64,000 bases of DNA from contig NC_086381.1 of NCBI RefSeq assembly GCF_036588685.1, positions 13,640,001 to 13,704,000 of the forward strand. The letters are read 5' to 3'. The position numbers and the translations under genes were made by a program. Below the pieces are notes generated by a model. That model was not told the DNA's origin, made no database searches, and saw only the letters and a program-made list of their open reading frames with translations. Source of the DNA: Mytilus trossulus (lineage: Eukaryota). Below are positions 13,517 through 25,018 of this stretch, piece after piece; within the stretch, counting starts at the first letter, position 1, and every line of letters starts with the position of its first letter.

Positions 13517-14800
13517 AATAAAGAGTATGTGATAAAAGATAATAAATGCACAATACTGAACCGCACAACATCTGTTGAATTAGCCTGTATACCAAGTAAG
13601 TAGATTACTGGTAATCAAAAATATCGTTGACGTAATTAAGATTATTTACATTCAGATATTGTGATAACAAACTTCTACAACACTATTCACTTCCCCCATC
13701 CGAGGTTTTCAGAATGAGTAAAGTAAAAAGAGTCAACAGTAGTATAGCGATGTTCAATAGTCGTGAGCATGTGTTACTGGTACATAAATCTAATGTTCGC
13801 GACAGACCAAAATTTGGCTTTCTTATATATAAAAATTAGAGATCATTAAACGAAACGGGTATACACCTTTAGACCATATATCATTATAAAATCAAATGTA
13901 TGTTGACCTTCTTCAGTATTATTTCAGTGGGATATAAGATACTGTCAAGGTCATATATTGGCACTGGAATGACACAACTCAATGCAACACTTTACAAGTA
14001 TACGGATATAACAGGAACAAGGTTTTTCTTTAAAGTTGTTGATGATGGTTGTATTCCTTTGATGACAGATACAACTAGTCCGAACTGGCTCGGAGGTAGA
14101 GACATTACACAATTTTTAGATACTTTTAACAATTCATTTATAAGTTAATGAACGAGTAAATACTTTGTTCACAAAACCAGTACATGTGTTGCAGAGTAAT
14201 ATATCCTGTAACATTTTTTTTAAACAAAATAACTGTTGATGTTTACATTTCGTACAACAAAAGCAAATGAGTAATACAGCTGTTCATGACTGCAAATCCG
14301 TTGTTTTATTCAATGACAATTGGAAACGCTGTTTTAATAACAATCGGATTTACATATTATATATGATGGGTTCTAATGAGATAGACTGTAATAGGGTATG
14401 ATGAAAAATGTATTTGAAGAATTCAATGAAATCCGAAATCTTAAATAAATAGCTTAAAAAGTCAAAAAGATTTGCCTGACATGCTTTCATTTTATTTTAC
14501 AGAGGGAAGTAAGAAGACAACAGTAACTTACATGGGAATCAGCAAAGGAATACACAACCCAACTGTATTCAACATACCACCTATTTGTGTGAGTATTTCA
14601 GTTATGATAAATATATCTAATGGCCGAAATTGACATGTTACGTTGTTAGCTTTTGTACTGATTTTTTTTCTTAATCCCTATGTCAGATTTCAAGGAAGAT
14701 TTTGTATTTATGTTATTTTAAATTTTTTGTACGATACTCATCAGTTCAAATAGTTTATTCGACTGACATGTTTTATTTTCTATTTCAGATGAAATTATAG
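13517..14800 (+). CDS. Ependymin-related protein, 3' exons 13517-13595, 13928-14095, 14503-14588, 14789-14800 (5' part apparently decayed; possible pseudogene)
   Basis: Four AG/GT-bounded exons splice in frame to NKEYVIKDNKCTILNRTTSVELACIP-MGYKILSRSYIGTG...VVDDGCIPLM...-EGSKKTTVTYMGISKGIHNPTVFNIPPIC-MKL*. The C..CIP..CIP..GI.(N/D)P.VF.IP..C pattern is the ependymin signature. AATAAA at 14858-14863. Confidence 0.85.
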
Positions 14801-15319
14801 ACATGAATGGATACTGTATAATGACGAATTTCGAAGAATTAGGACGTATTTATCTTCAATAAAATCTGTAAAATATCATTGTTATATTTTGAAACATTCT
14901 TGTCATCTTGATCATATGAATATGATCAAAAAGTAAAATCACAAAAATAATGAATTCCGAGGAAAATTATAAGCGGAAAGTTCCTTATCAAATGGAAAAA
15001 TCAATTGATAAAACATGACACACTATGTTAAATTGTCAAAATAGAGGTACACTAGTCATCACTGTGTCACGATCTCAATTAGAACAAAAACAAACAAATA
15101 TTCATGAAAGAAGCACAAAAACAACATTCATTGCTAACTTAAAAATGTTTTTTAAATCATTAAAGTTGATGCAGCAATACACCAATAAGACCCTAACCAA
15201 TTGACACAATTATGAAACATCAATAGAGATCAATCTGTATTTAAAAAATAGGTGAGAAAAACCAAGGGGAGATAATGAAATTAAAGCCATAAGACAAACG
15301 AAGACAGACTTAATATATA

Positions 15320-16555
15320 TGTGTATATCTGAATAATGTGAATATTTGTTTTACAAGACATTATTTTATTTGAGTCTCACCTCGTATAAAACATTTACAT
15401 AATACTACAATTTCCAATATAAAACAAGAGCCACTCTAAAAAGAGTTACGAGAGACTATAAAAAATGGTATATACATTTACATATATATATACATACTTA
15501 AAACATAAAACAAATTAAAAGTATACAAATGTTAAGAATAACATAAAACAAATTTAAAGTATACAAATGTTAAGAATATAATAAACATTTTCTTTTCAGT
15601 AAAATATCATAGCAGATTTTGGCAGTATAAAAGTAAACATTTTCATCACTAAATAAAAATACAAATTTATCGTCATCTGACATACTTTTAAAATCATGAC
15701 AAAAAGAATCAGCATGACTAAACAACACAGCACGAAAATCTGCATTTAGTGGACATTTCAAAATTACATGTTTCTCATCTTAAATGGTATCATTACAACT
15801 AAAACATATTCTTTCATTAATAGGTAAGTTCTGATACCGGCATACTTTCCTACACCCATAAAAAATCTCATCGCTCTGTTTTTAACTGCATTTATGTAAG
15901 AGCATTCTCTTGTTCCCCATATTGAAGCACCATAATCGATGACTGACCATACAAGGTGTGTCAAAAAGCTTTGTATAAGTAAGTAGAGTAAAAAAAAACA
16001 CCATTTGATTTACATTTTGCGATTAATAACACAAGAGCTCTACTTGCCGACTTGGCAATAGCTTTTGCCATTAAATCAGAATTTAAAAATTCTGTAAGAT
16101 GTAAACCAAGGTAAGTATATTGTATTGTAATTTCAATATTATCTTTAACCAACATAAATGTTTAAATAGACCTTGGTAAAGAAGGTGGTCTAAAATGAAT
16201 AATCTTAGATTTACTCAAATTAACATTAATATCATTTTTATGACACCACATATGTAAAACATTTAAGAGCATCTGTAAGTCTGATTCATTTTCAGCAAGT
16301 AAACCAATATCATCAGCATAGAGCAAAAACATATTTTTCTCTTCCTCTATCGGAATACCAACATTTAAACTGTTAACCTCATTAACTAAATTATTAATAA
16401 AAATATTGAATAAAATGGCGATAACACACACCCTTGTTTTAAACCACATTGAACATCAAACCATTGAGTTAAATTCCCATTAACTTTAACACATGACTGT
16501 ACTTTATGATATAAAGATTTTAAAGCATTCAACATTTTACTACTAATTTACATCA
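15320..16555 (-). mobile_element. Decayed, 5'-truncated LINE (CR1/L2-group-like) RT and 3' end
   Basis: Frameshifted fragments GLKQGC..ILFNIFIN, LLYADD, VNLSKSKIIHFR, YTYLGL, VIDYGASIWG and a C-terminal KCP remnant. Confidence 0.88.
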
Positions 16556-17046
16556 ATTAAAAAACAACAATGGAACAAATAAAATACATTGTACAATGTA
16601 AACGAGAAACAACATATGGAGGTCAATATATTCTCGGCATTCAACAATAGACAGGTTGCTCTTCTATGTGACAATCCCTAATATAGACTAAATAGCCTAG
16701 AAGTTATACTATGATTGTTTTTTACAAAGACTACCAGTGATTTGTAACCAGCAAGTTCTTTAAAGAACAAAATTCTAAGATACAGCTGAGGACAACTGTA
16801 ATAAATTACGAATTAAACATCACAATAAACACGAACAAGGGTTAAAGTAGTTTTGGAGTTCAAATTTGCTAGAGCAAATAATAGCTATTAATACGTATAC
16901 GGTGAAAGGAAAATGAGCAATAAATAGCAGTTCTTTTTGCGAATACCATATTAATTCGACGTAATTATTTTCTTCATATATGTACGCTCAAGCATATACT
17001 GGTACATAGTTGGTATATAATTTTATATTGTTCGCGTACGCTAAAT

Positions 17047-17488
17047 AAATAAACTCATCATCGATACCAGGACTAAAATTTTACACTTACGCCAAACGCG
17101 CATTGCGTTTACAAAAGACTCATCAGTGACGCTCGAATGAAAAAATGTTAAAAATGCCAAATAAATTACGAAGTTGAAGAGCATTGAGGACCAAAAATTC
17201 CTAAATTTTTTGCAAAATACATACAGCTAAGGTAATCTATTTCAGAGTTTGAAAATCCTTAGTATTTCAAAAATTCAAAGTTTTGTAATCAGTTTTAAAA
17301 TTTATTACTATGAACATGTCAATGTTAACTCAACACAGAAGTGCTGACTACTGGGCTGGTGATACCCTCGGGGAAATAAATCTCCACCAGCAGTGGCATC
17401 GACCCAGTGGTTGAACATAAACTAATCATAGATACCAATACTCAAATTTTACACTGACACCAGACGCGCGATTCGTCTACTAAAGACT
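17047..17488 (-). mobile_element. Retrozyme-like element, ~1.2 units of ~370 nt, hammerhead core mutated
   Basis: Direct repeat AAACTCATCATCGATACCAGG / AAACTAATCATAGATACCAAT at ~17051 and ~17419. The HHR at 17089-17133 has GAAA changed to GCAA. Confidence 0.85.
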
Positions 17489-18875
17489 AACGCATTGCAA
17501 ATTACACGATTACGTGGTTTGCATTCATTTAGGGAAAGTAAATCATACAAACAGCTGTTAACCCGGTTATAGGCTTCTCTGCACCAACAATCTTTAGGGT
17601 TACAATCAAATTATTTCAATATAATTTTAATGCACATATACGTATTTCAACAATAAAAGAGGGACGAAAGATACCAGAGGGACAATCAAATTCATAAATC
17701 GAAATTAAACTGACAACGTTAACGCCATGGCTAAAAATGAAAAGGACAGACAATTCTTATATGACGTGCTTCTTTAGCTTTGTAAAGAAACCATACTTTA
17801 TTATCCAATGAAATTAGTTTGCACATGCGTATATCGACTACGGCAGAAAAATGAATTTCGTCAAATTGGTATGCATTTAATGTATTTCCTTAAATTAAAA
17901 CACTTTCAAACACTAAAATGATACACATTTTGTTACTAATACTTTTACAATGACAACAATGTGTTACAATTCGTAATTGACAAATTTGACCAAGGCACCG
18001 CAACGTTCATGTTGGCTGTTCTAACTTCAAAACCCCTCTCTCTGAAAAAACATGTTTCATCTCTCCTGTTAGAAATGCATGTCATTGTGTATAGTAATTT
18101 CATTGAAACATATGTTCCGACGATAATATATAAAATAAAGTATAGGTTATTATTACTGTTGTACTGAAATGAAAACACTGTGTCATACTTCTGATAAAAT
18201 GGATTGACCCTAGCAGGGAATCGAACCCCATTCTCCCATAAAAAAAATTACCAATATACCACCAAGGTTTCCCATCCATTTTATAAATGCAATAAGATTG
18301 TCACCCAGTGTTAATTTTAATCATCATGTAATACAGCATTAAAAATCGTCAGATGCACAAAGGCGTGCCCTTTGTTCGACTTTACAAGGTGTAACCACCG
18401 CAAGTATAAATGGATCTCTGTCAAAGGGCTCCTCCTGCCAAGTCTCGAATGTCAGCACAACTTAATCAAGGAATCCTCTATCAGCTATGAACATATTTAC
18501 CAATGCTACAATATTAACCGGCGGAATATTTACGATAAATTTAGTAAATAAAGACCTACCCGATTCTCCTTGTCCGTCCACCGCCATTGACAACTGACTT
18601 TAAAATGTGCGTGTAGGAAATTGACCTCAAAGGAAAAGACTGTTGTAATAAAACTTGTCTGCTATATTGTGACACAAATATTGTTTTAGTTAATAAATTC
18701 ATTTGTTAATTTCTGTTTCAATTTTGAATTTTAGAAATACAACTTTGCGAAATTAAACTGATTTGAACTAGTTGGATAAAAATCAACAGGAATGTTGATG
18801 GAAGAGCCTACACAAATACTGTTAACTTATACACAGCGAAACATAGAAATTGTCGTAATTGTCCTAATCAGAATA

Positions 18876-19036
18876 GAAATTATTGATACCAGCTATACTT
18901 TATTGTAGTTTTCACATGGGTAGGCATCATATTCGTGTTATTTTAGCCCTCGCTATCGCTCTGGCAAAAATAATCACGACTATAATGCCTACCCATGTTA
19001 AAACTACAATAAAGTTTAGCTGGCATCAATTATTTC
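18876..19036. repeat. ~160-bp foldback (hairpin) element
   Basis: GAAATTATTGATACCAGCTATACTTTATTGTAGTTTT...AAAACTACAATAAAGTTTAGCTGGCATCAATTATTTC is inverted around CCTCGCTATCGCTCT. Confidence 0.85.
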
Positions 19037-19039
19037 GAA

Positions 19040-19842
19040 AACAATACAACACATGAAACAACATAGAAAACTACAGAATAAACAACACGAACCCCACTAA
19101 AAACTAGGGGTGGCCACAGGTGATTCGGAAGGGTAAGCAGATCCTGGTCCACAATTGGCACACATCGTGTTGCTTATGAGATAAAAAAAATCCGGTAAAA
19201 AGTCTTATTTGGTAGGTCACATTTATGACAGGGAAAGGGGATTTAAGTTACGACGTAAGGAACAAATCCGATATCATTTGTGAAACGGTTGTTCCATAAC
19301 GGTCAACCAAGTCGTGATGGCGTCCGTAAAATTTACGCAGAGATGATTTCAACTTTACCATTTGGAACTCTTGATTAGATAGCTTCCCTGTGTGTGAAGC
19401 AAGAAACCAAGCATCTTGATAATGTCAGTTTCAGAGAACTTTTTGTTTGAATCAGACTGATCCTTACCAAAGTAGGATTTATCCCTTCCTAAGACAAGAT
19501 ATTTGTATCTTCGTTGGCCATTATGTTTTATGAAACAAAACAATACCAACTCTTTCAACTTGTCCTTTAGTTTTGAATGTGCAATACTTGTATAAAGTGT
19601 AGAAATATCAAATGGTTTAATAATATTACAAGATGAAAGAGAGTTAGATTGTATGTACTCTAAAAGAGTCTTAAAATTTTTAAATATCCACATCTAATTC
19701 CCGCCATCTCGAGAATAGGCAGTTTCAAAATTACTTTGATTGCTGATCAAATAGATGTTATTAATTTAGAAAAAGGTTTCGTGGAGCACTTGGAAGACCC
19801 AGCAATATACCATTGTTTGTAATGACACTTATTCAGCTTAGG
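19040..19842 (-). mobile_element. Penelope-like retroelement, internally deleted: RT core, ORF C-terminus and 3' UTR
   Basis: YIAGSSKCSTKP; FDISTLYTSIAH (RT motif FD..TLYT.IPH); C-terminal LKSSLRKFYGRHHDLVDRYGTTVSQMISDLFLTS*; then a non-coding tail found in many short copies (e.g. 6752-6960, 12625-12800, 47346-47490, 50470-50630, 61680-61890). Confidence 0.85.
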
Positions 19843-20587
19843 TTAATGTCACTTCAGTGATATGCTCGAGATCAAAATTAAAAACAAATCTTAAACGCGG
19901 TACAAATGTTAAAGAGCAGATAAAACCAAAAAAAAAATAAACGTAAAATGGCATTAGGTGGCATATAAAAATTACCCCCTATGTTTTAGTACATGTATTA
20001 GCATAAATGCATGGTTTTCTTATTTTCACAAAAACTTTGATGTACGAAATACTACTAAAATCCGTAAAATATTATGAAATATTACCAATTTTCTATGGCC
20101 TGTATATATAATATGCAGTTTCAGTTTTATCAAACACGGTAATGTTTAAGTCGAATCCTCCATTTCGAATTGTACTTTTAAAAAATAAAAAAAACACAAT
20201 TGCATAGAAGAACTAAATACTAGATTATGGTCTAGATTAATCAGTTTTTAAAAATTCTACAGATTTCTATTTGCAAAAAACTTCGACAAGATGAGTGTAC
20301 GTTAAAAAAATTGTTGGTAACTTCTAGTATGTAAGGATGTCTTGCTAAAGACTTTTTTTTTATATTCAGGTACTATAAACGTTTATTCCATATTGGTAAA
20401 ATATTAGTAGGTTTTTCTATATGAATGGGATTTTGAAAAAATAAGGATATTCACCTGCGGAAAAAGGATATTCACCGCGCAAAACGTCGCGTGCTTTAAC
20501 GTGTATAATTTTGGTAAAAAAAACGTTTGATGTACAATTGGTTTTGGTCAATAACTTCCAATACATTAATTTGTCTCGGAATATGGA

Positions 20588-20745
20588 ATAACACATTTAC
20601 TGTCTTTTGTTTTGGTAAATATGTGGTTTAATTGACTTTTGAAAAACTGATATTCACTTTGGCCGTTGGCCTCGGTGAATATCAGTTTTTAAAAAGTCAA
20701 TAAAAACCTAAATTTACCTCTTCAAAAGACAGTAACTGTATAATA
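20588..20745. repeat. ~155-bp foldback element
   Basis: TTACTGTCTTTTG...TTGACTTTTGAAAAACTGATATTCAC / GTGAATATCAGTTTTTAAAAAGTCAA...CAAAAGACAGTAA. Confidence 0.8.
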
Positions 20746-21135
20746 TACTTCACAATAAGTAAACAAATAACTGTTATAGTTAAGTAAATGCAGAATCTCA
20801 TGAAATATTTTGTATATTTGGTCAAAAGTACATGTTTAATTATATAACAGTAGACCAGTTGTTATATTACATATTCACAAATTGGTATTACTAGATTTAA
20901 CTTGACTGGGAGGGGTTAACAAAATCGCTTAGTTAAGACCAGTCTATCTATAGACATGAGTTTTTTTTTAATAAACTCATCAATGAATTATTATTATAAC
21001 GGAAATCATCCTTATCACACACATCTTCAAATAGACTATCCTTATGCAAATTAAAACATAAGCTCCGCCCGATCAGTTAAAATAACATTGGTAATACTAG
21101 TTATCATTTTCACTATTCTAATTTTCTGAATAAAG

Positions 21136-21943
21136 GGAAAACAGCACTTTGTAAGGAATTGAAGATGTGATACAGAACCCCTTACGGACTCTATCTCCTC
21201 CCTGGTGTGTAGATAAATTGCCTATCTAACTCTAAGTTCTCTGTGTGAGCTTGTGTTTATAGTTATTTGTTATAACATGGAACGGTATCATCAATGTTTT
21301 CCAAAATATCTACAGTAATAGACGAAATGAAATCAATAAAATCATTATGCAATAAAAGTATTACAATTTACACCCATATTGATTTATTATTGTTTGCTTA
21401 ACGACAGGTTCATACTATTTCATGAATATTCAGGAGGAAGAAGTGACCAATCTATCCACCGGATGACGGACATTTAGACTGAATACCGCTAAAGGAAAGA
21501 TAACCCAATGTTTATTACTCGACCTTGTGTATCAGCAGTTAGGCGCAATATCAATCAACGTTACTTTGAAAACGCAATACAAGGAATCATACAAAAAAAC
21601 AAGAAGTACAAACAAACTTAGGGTAGAAAAGAAAATTATAATTAAACATGATTAATAGTCAACCAAATATTACAAATAAAACAAAATACTGAACAACTAG
21701 AAAAAATGGGGAAACATTTGTTTAAATGATAAACTATAAAAGCGTGCGTGACAATTATTTTTAATTTCGTTATTTAAGGTGACGCCAAAGCGGTAAAACA
21801 ATGCTATATTGGTGCTGGTTCGTCAAAAATAAAGTCTACATTAAACAGCTATCCAGATGGCTTTCAAACTGCTTATATATCTGTAGCTAATGATGTGTAT
21901 TTACTTATAACGTATAAAGCATTTGGACCAAATGTGAATGAAG
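21136..21943 (+). pseudogene. Second ependymin-related paralog, pseudogene (exon remnants 21136-~21212 and 21779-21943)
   Basis: GKQHFVRN*RCDTEPLTDSI/PPWCV aligns Cys-for-Cys with exon 13517-13595, with one stop and one frameshift. The phase 1-1 exon DAKAVKQCYIGAGSSKIKSTLNSYPDGFQTAYISVANDVYLLITYKAFGPNVNE (165 nt) parallels the 168-nt exon 13928-14095. Confidence 0.75.
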
Positions 21944-23183
21944 GTATTTATAAAGGTCAGACAGTTGAAATAACTATTAGTCGTTTTCTAAATGATTGTC
22001 TGACAAAGCTAAAACATAATTGATCTTTTAAACAATTTCAATATTTTTGACTAAACATAAACGCAGAAATAAAAATAATCAAATTTAAATTATTTGTTTC
22101 TTATTAAAAAAGGTGTTAGTACAAGAAAACACAGTGAATGTACAATGTATGAAGAGCATATATTTCAAGAATGAGATCATACGTTTTAGTAGCATAATTC
22201 TCCACACAAGTAAAATGGATTAGCCTATAAAAAAATCAATGGGATTGTTCAGTAATATGTCGGTAATAATGATTAATTTCTCTTTGAAGAAACGTAATTT
22301 CTGTAGATGGAAATTCTCGTATTGTATGCAAAACTCAATATACACAGAGCATACGTATTACTTTTAAAACTTTAAATTACTAAGAGCATAGCTCAAAAGA
22401 TATGTTTCCTCACAGATGTCGATTAGAACAGAGACATATATTAGTCTATGGTGAGAACAGATGATTCTTCTTGTAATTCTGTCACTAAATCTAAAATACC
22501 AAAAACCTAAATGTTTAACATTTATTGACATTTAATATTTCATATTGACATTTTCTTTATGATAATGATATTACTATTGATAAATATGGTATGAAATTGA
22601 TCCGAAATATATATTTCATAGAGTATTTTGTGATAGAATTACAAAATAAGGTTACAAGGGAATAACGATCAAATGCATAAATATGTTCAAAATTGTGTAT
22701 GTTTTCAGCACCTCAGCATATTCTTTATAATTATATGTCTTCATTCTCAACTTTGTGCGTTAAATATAGCATTTTGTGTAGGTGAAGCAATATTGATAGT
22801 CGATTATTTAATCAGAGATTAAGAATAAAGCAATCCCTTCAAGTTGTGTGAGTTTCGCTATGTTTATATTTATCAAACGAACTGTTATATATCAAGTGTT
22901 TTTTTTTATATTTACGAAATTAGATGACATTTAAATATCTATGCAATAACGAGATCATATATACATAACATTGACATTTTCAACTAAATAGAACACGCAA
23001 TTAAATTTGTACATACATCTCTTCTCCATTTACCATTTCATTTGCCTTAAAAATAGAAATAAAAAGTATTACCAGATCTCCGTGTTTGCAAATATTTTTT
23101 TTAAAATCCCTAACAAGAATTTAAGATTTTACCTTAGGCTAAATTAATGCGTGCATATCATTCTACAAGTTATGCATTTTAGT

Positions 23184-23587
23184 AAATAAACCCATCATAG
23201 ATACCAGAAATTATCTACGCCAGATGTGCGCTTCGACTACCGTGATGTTGAATCAAAAAGTTTAAAGAACAATAAAGTACGCAGTTGAAGAGTAATGAGA
23301 ACCAAAAATTCCAAAATGTTTTGCCAATTGTATTCCTTGGGTAGAACATAAGTATTTTAAAATGTTCATGGTTTGTAGACAGTCAATTCATTATTGCAGC
23401 TATACCAATGCTAATATATATCACCTTAGAATTATTGACTACTGGGTTGGTGATACCCTTTGAGAGCAGACATATACCAGCAGTAGCATCAAACAAGTGA
23501 TTATAGATCATAGATCATAGATCATAGATACCAGGCTTACCATTTTGTACGTCAGACACACATTTCGTTTACAAACGACTCGTCAGC
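23184..23587 (-). mobile_element. Degenerate retrozyme-like element (~1.1 units)
   Basis: Same family as 17047-17488, with both hammerhead positions degraded. Confidence 0.75.
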
Positions 23588-24028
23588 ACAAAAAAGGATT
23601 TGTCGCGTCAATAAATCATATAACAACAATTGTCGCAAAACGTGGCGATTCATTTTTTTTTAATTTCAACTATCAGTAGTTCAGAATTCTTCTCCGTCTG
23701 TTAAGACAAGAAGGGTGTTATTGGTGGTAAATATGATAGCAAAACTGTCAATTTTCAACAAGCATAAACTTTGTTTCGATTCCATTAAAACATCATGCTC
23801 ATTGCATTTTGTCACAGTTTCTCTATTTGATTTTTTAAAACCATATAAACACCACTTATCAAAGTACTGGTATATATTTCAGCACATCTAATAACTCAGT
23901 AAAAGAGAATCTTTTATACATGTACATTAAAAAGGCCTTCCCAGTTGTTTTTTGTTCATATTATTAAAGAATTATTATGTTTGCATTTTTAAATTCGTTT
24001 TACCAATAGTTATATTATCTCCGCCATA

Positions 24029-24233
24029 TGCTGTTAACAAACTTATTTTCGCGAATCTATAGTTAGCGTTTATTCCTTTCTAGTACACTTAATGTTGCGA
24101 TTTTCTAACTTACTTGATGTAGTTTGATTAAGGAAGATCCTAAGTTTTTATAGATTTTGACGACGATTTATTTTTTTTATACTCGCAAAATTCGCGAAAA
24201 TTTAATGCTTGCGAAAAAAAGTTGGTTTACAGT
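24029..24233. mobile_element. Short MITE with (TA)CTGTAAAC-type termini
   Basis: TGCTGTTAACAAACTTATTTTCGCGA ... TTGCGAAAAAAAGTTGGTTTACAGTA. Absent from the paralogous site near 700. Confidence 0.65.
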
Positions 24234-24774
24234 AGTTTGGACAGTTGTTCTAAGTTATAAAACCCCTAGTTTCTATTTTTTTCTTGGACTGGAAAAAGGA
24301 CTCCAAAAGTATTGTAAACCTTTTATATAACAACATAATATAAGTTCAAAGTGAATAGTGGAGGTTTATCAATGACTTTTTTTTATTTCCAACATTTATA
24401 TACTTTGTAGCATAGAACTATGGACGAGCCGTACGTATAACCCTTAGAATAAAAACGTTGTAGGCGTAAAATAAATACCCATAATTCTTTAAATTGGTTT
24501 CTTTATCTGTTTTACCCTATGTAGCTTTAATTAGGCAATTTCGGATGAATAGCTACAGACAGTCAGAATGTATTCTGATCTCTCGGATGTTATAATACGA
24601 CATGATCGCAAACTGGTATATGCAAATTAATACAGAATGGCGTTGTAAAAAGCAGAATGGGTTTTCTCATAATTGATTCTTATTATATACAACGTTAATG
24701 CTAAAGGCACCAATCTGTAAAAATGACTTATTGTTGTTGCTATATTCAATTTTGCCTTGAAGAGTTGTCAAAAT

Positions 24775-25018
24775 CATAAATTAACTGTATACAAAACTTT
24801 TGAATTTTGTAAATACTAAGACTTTTGTAACGGTCAGGAAGAGATTACCTTTAGTTAGCTTTATTAGGCAAAACTTTAAGGAATGTTGGTCCTCAATGCT
24901 TTTCAACACCGTACATTTTTTGCCTATTTTGGATTCGAGCGTCACTGATGAGTCTTTTGTATACGAAACGCGCGTCTGGCGTCAAAACAAAATGAAAGCC
25001 TTGTATCTATGATGAGTT
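24775..25018 (+). mobile_element. Retrozyme-like element, 5' truncated, with hammerhead at 24939-24982
   Basis: GCGTCA CTGATGA GTCTTTTGTATAC GAAAC GCGC GTC^TGGCGT. Absent from the paralogous site near 1590. Confidence 0.85.

Noticed and set aside
17340-17412. HDV-like ribozyme assignment for the pseudoknot domain
   Set aside because: The P1/P2/P3 order resembles HDV, but P1.1, P4 and the J4/2 catalytic C are missing.
18205-18265. tRNA-like B box (GGGTTCGATTCCC on the minus strand)
   Set aside because: No cloverleaf; at most a SINE remnant.
21042-21072. Octamer (ATGCAAAT) plus GC box, also octamers at ~1442 and ~24620
   Set aside because: Short motifs expected by chance in AT-rich DNA, with no linked snRNA or start site seen.
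24800-25012. 70-aa ORF, and similar short ORFs at 406-657, 6794-7235, 12583-12868 and 30578-30787
   Set aside because: They fall inside retrozyme, SINE or PLE-tail repeats and have no protein signature.
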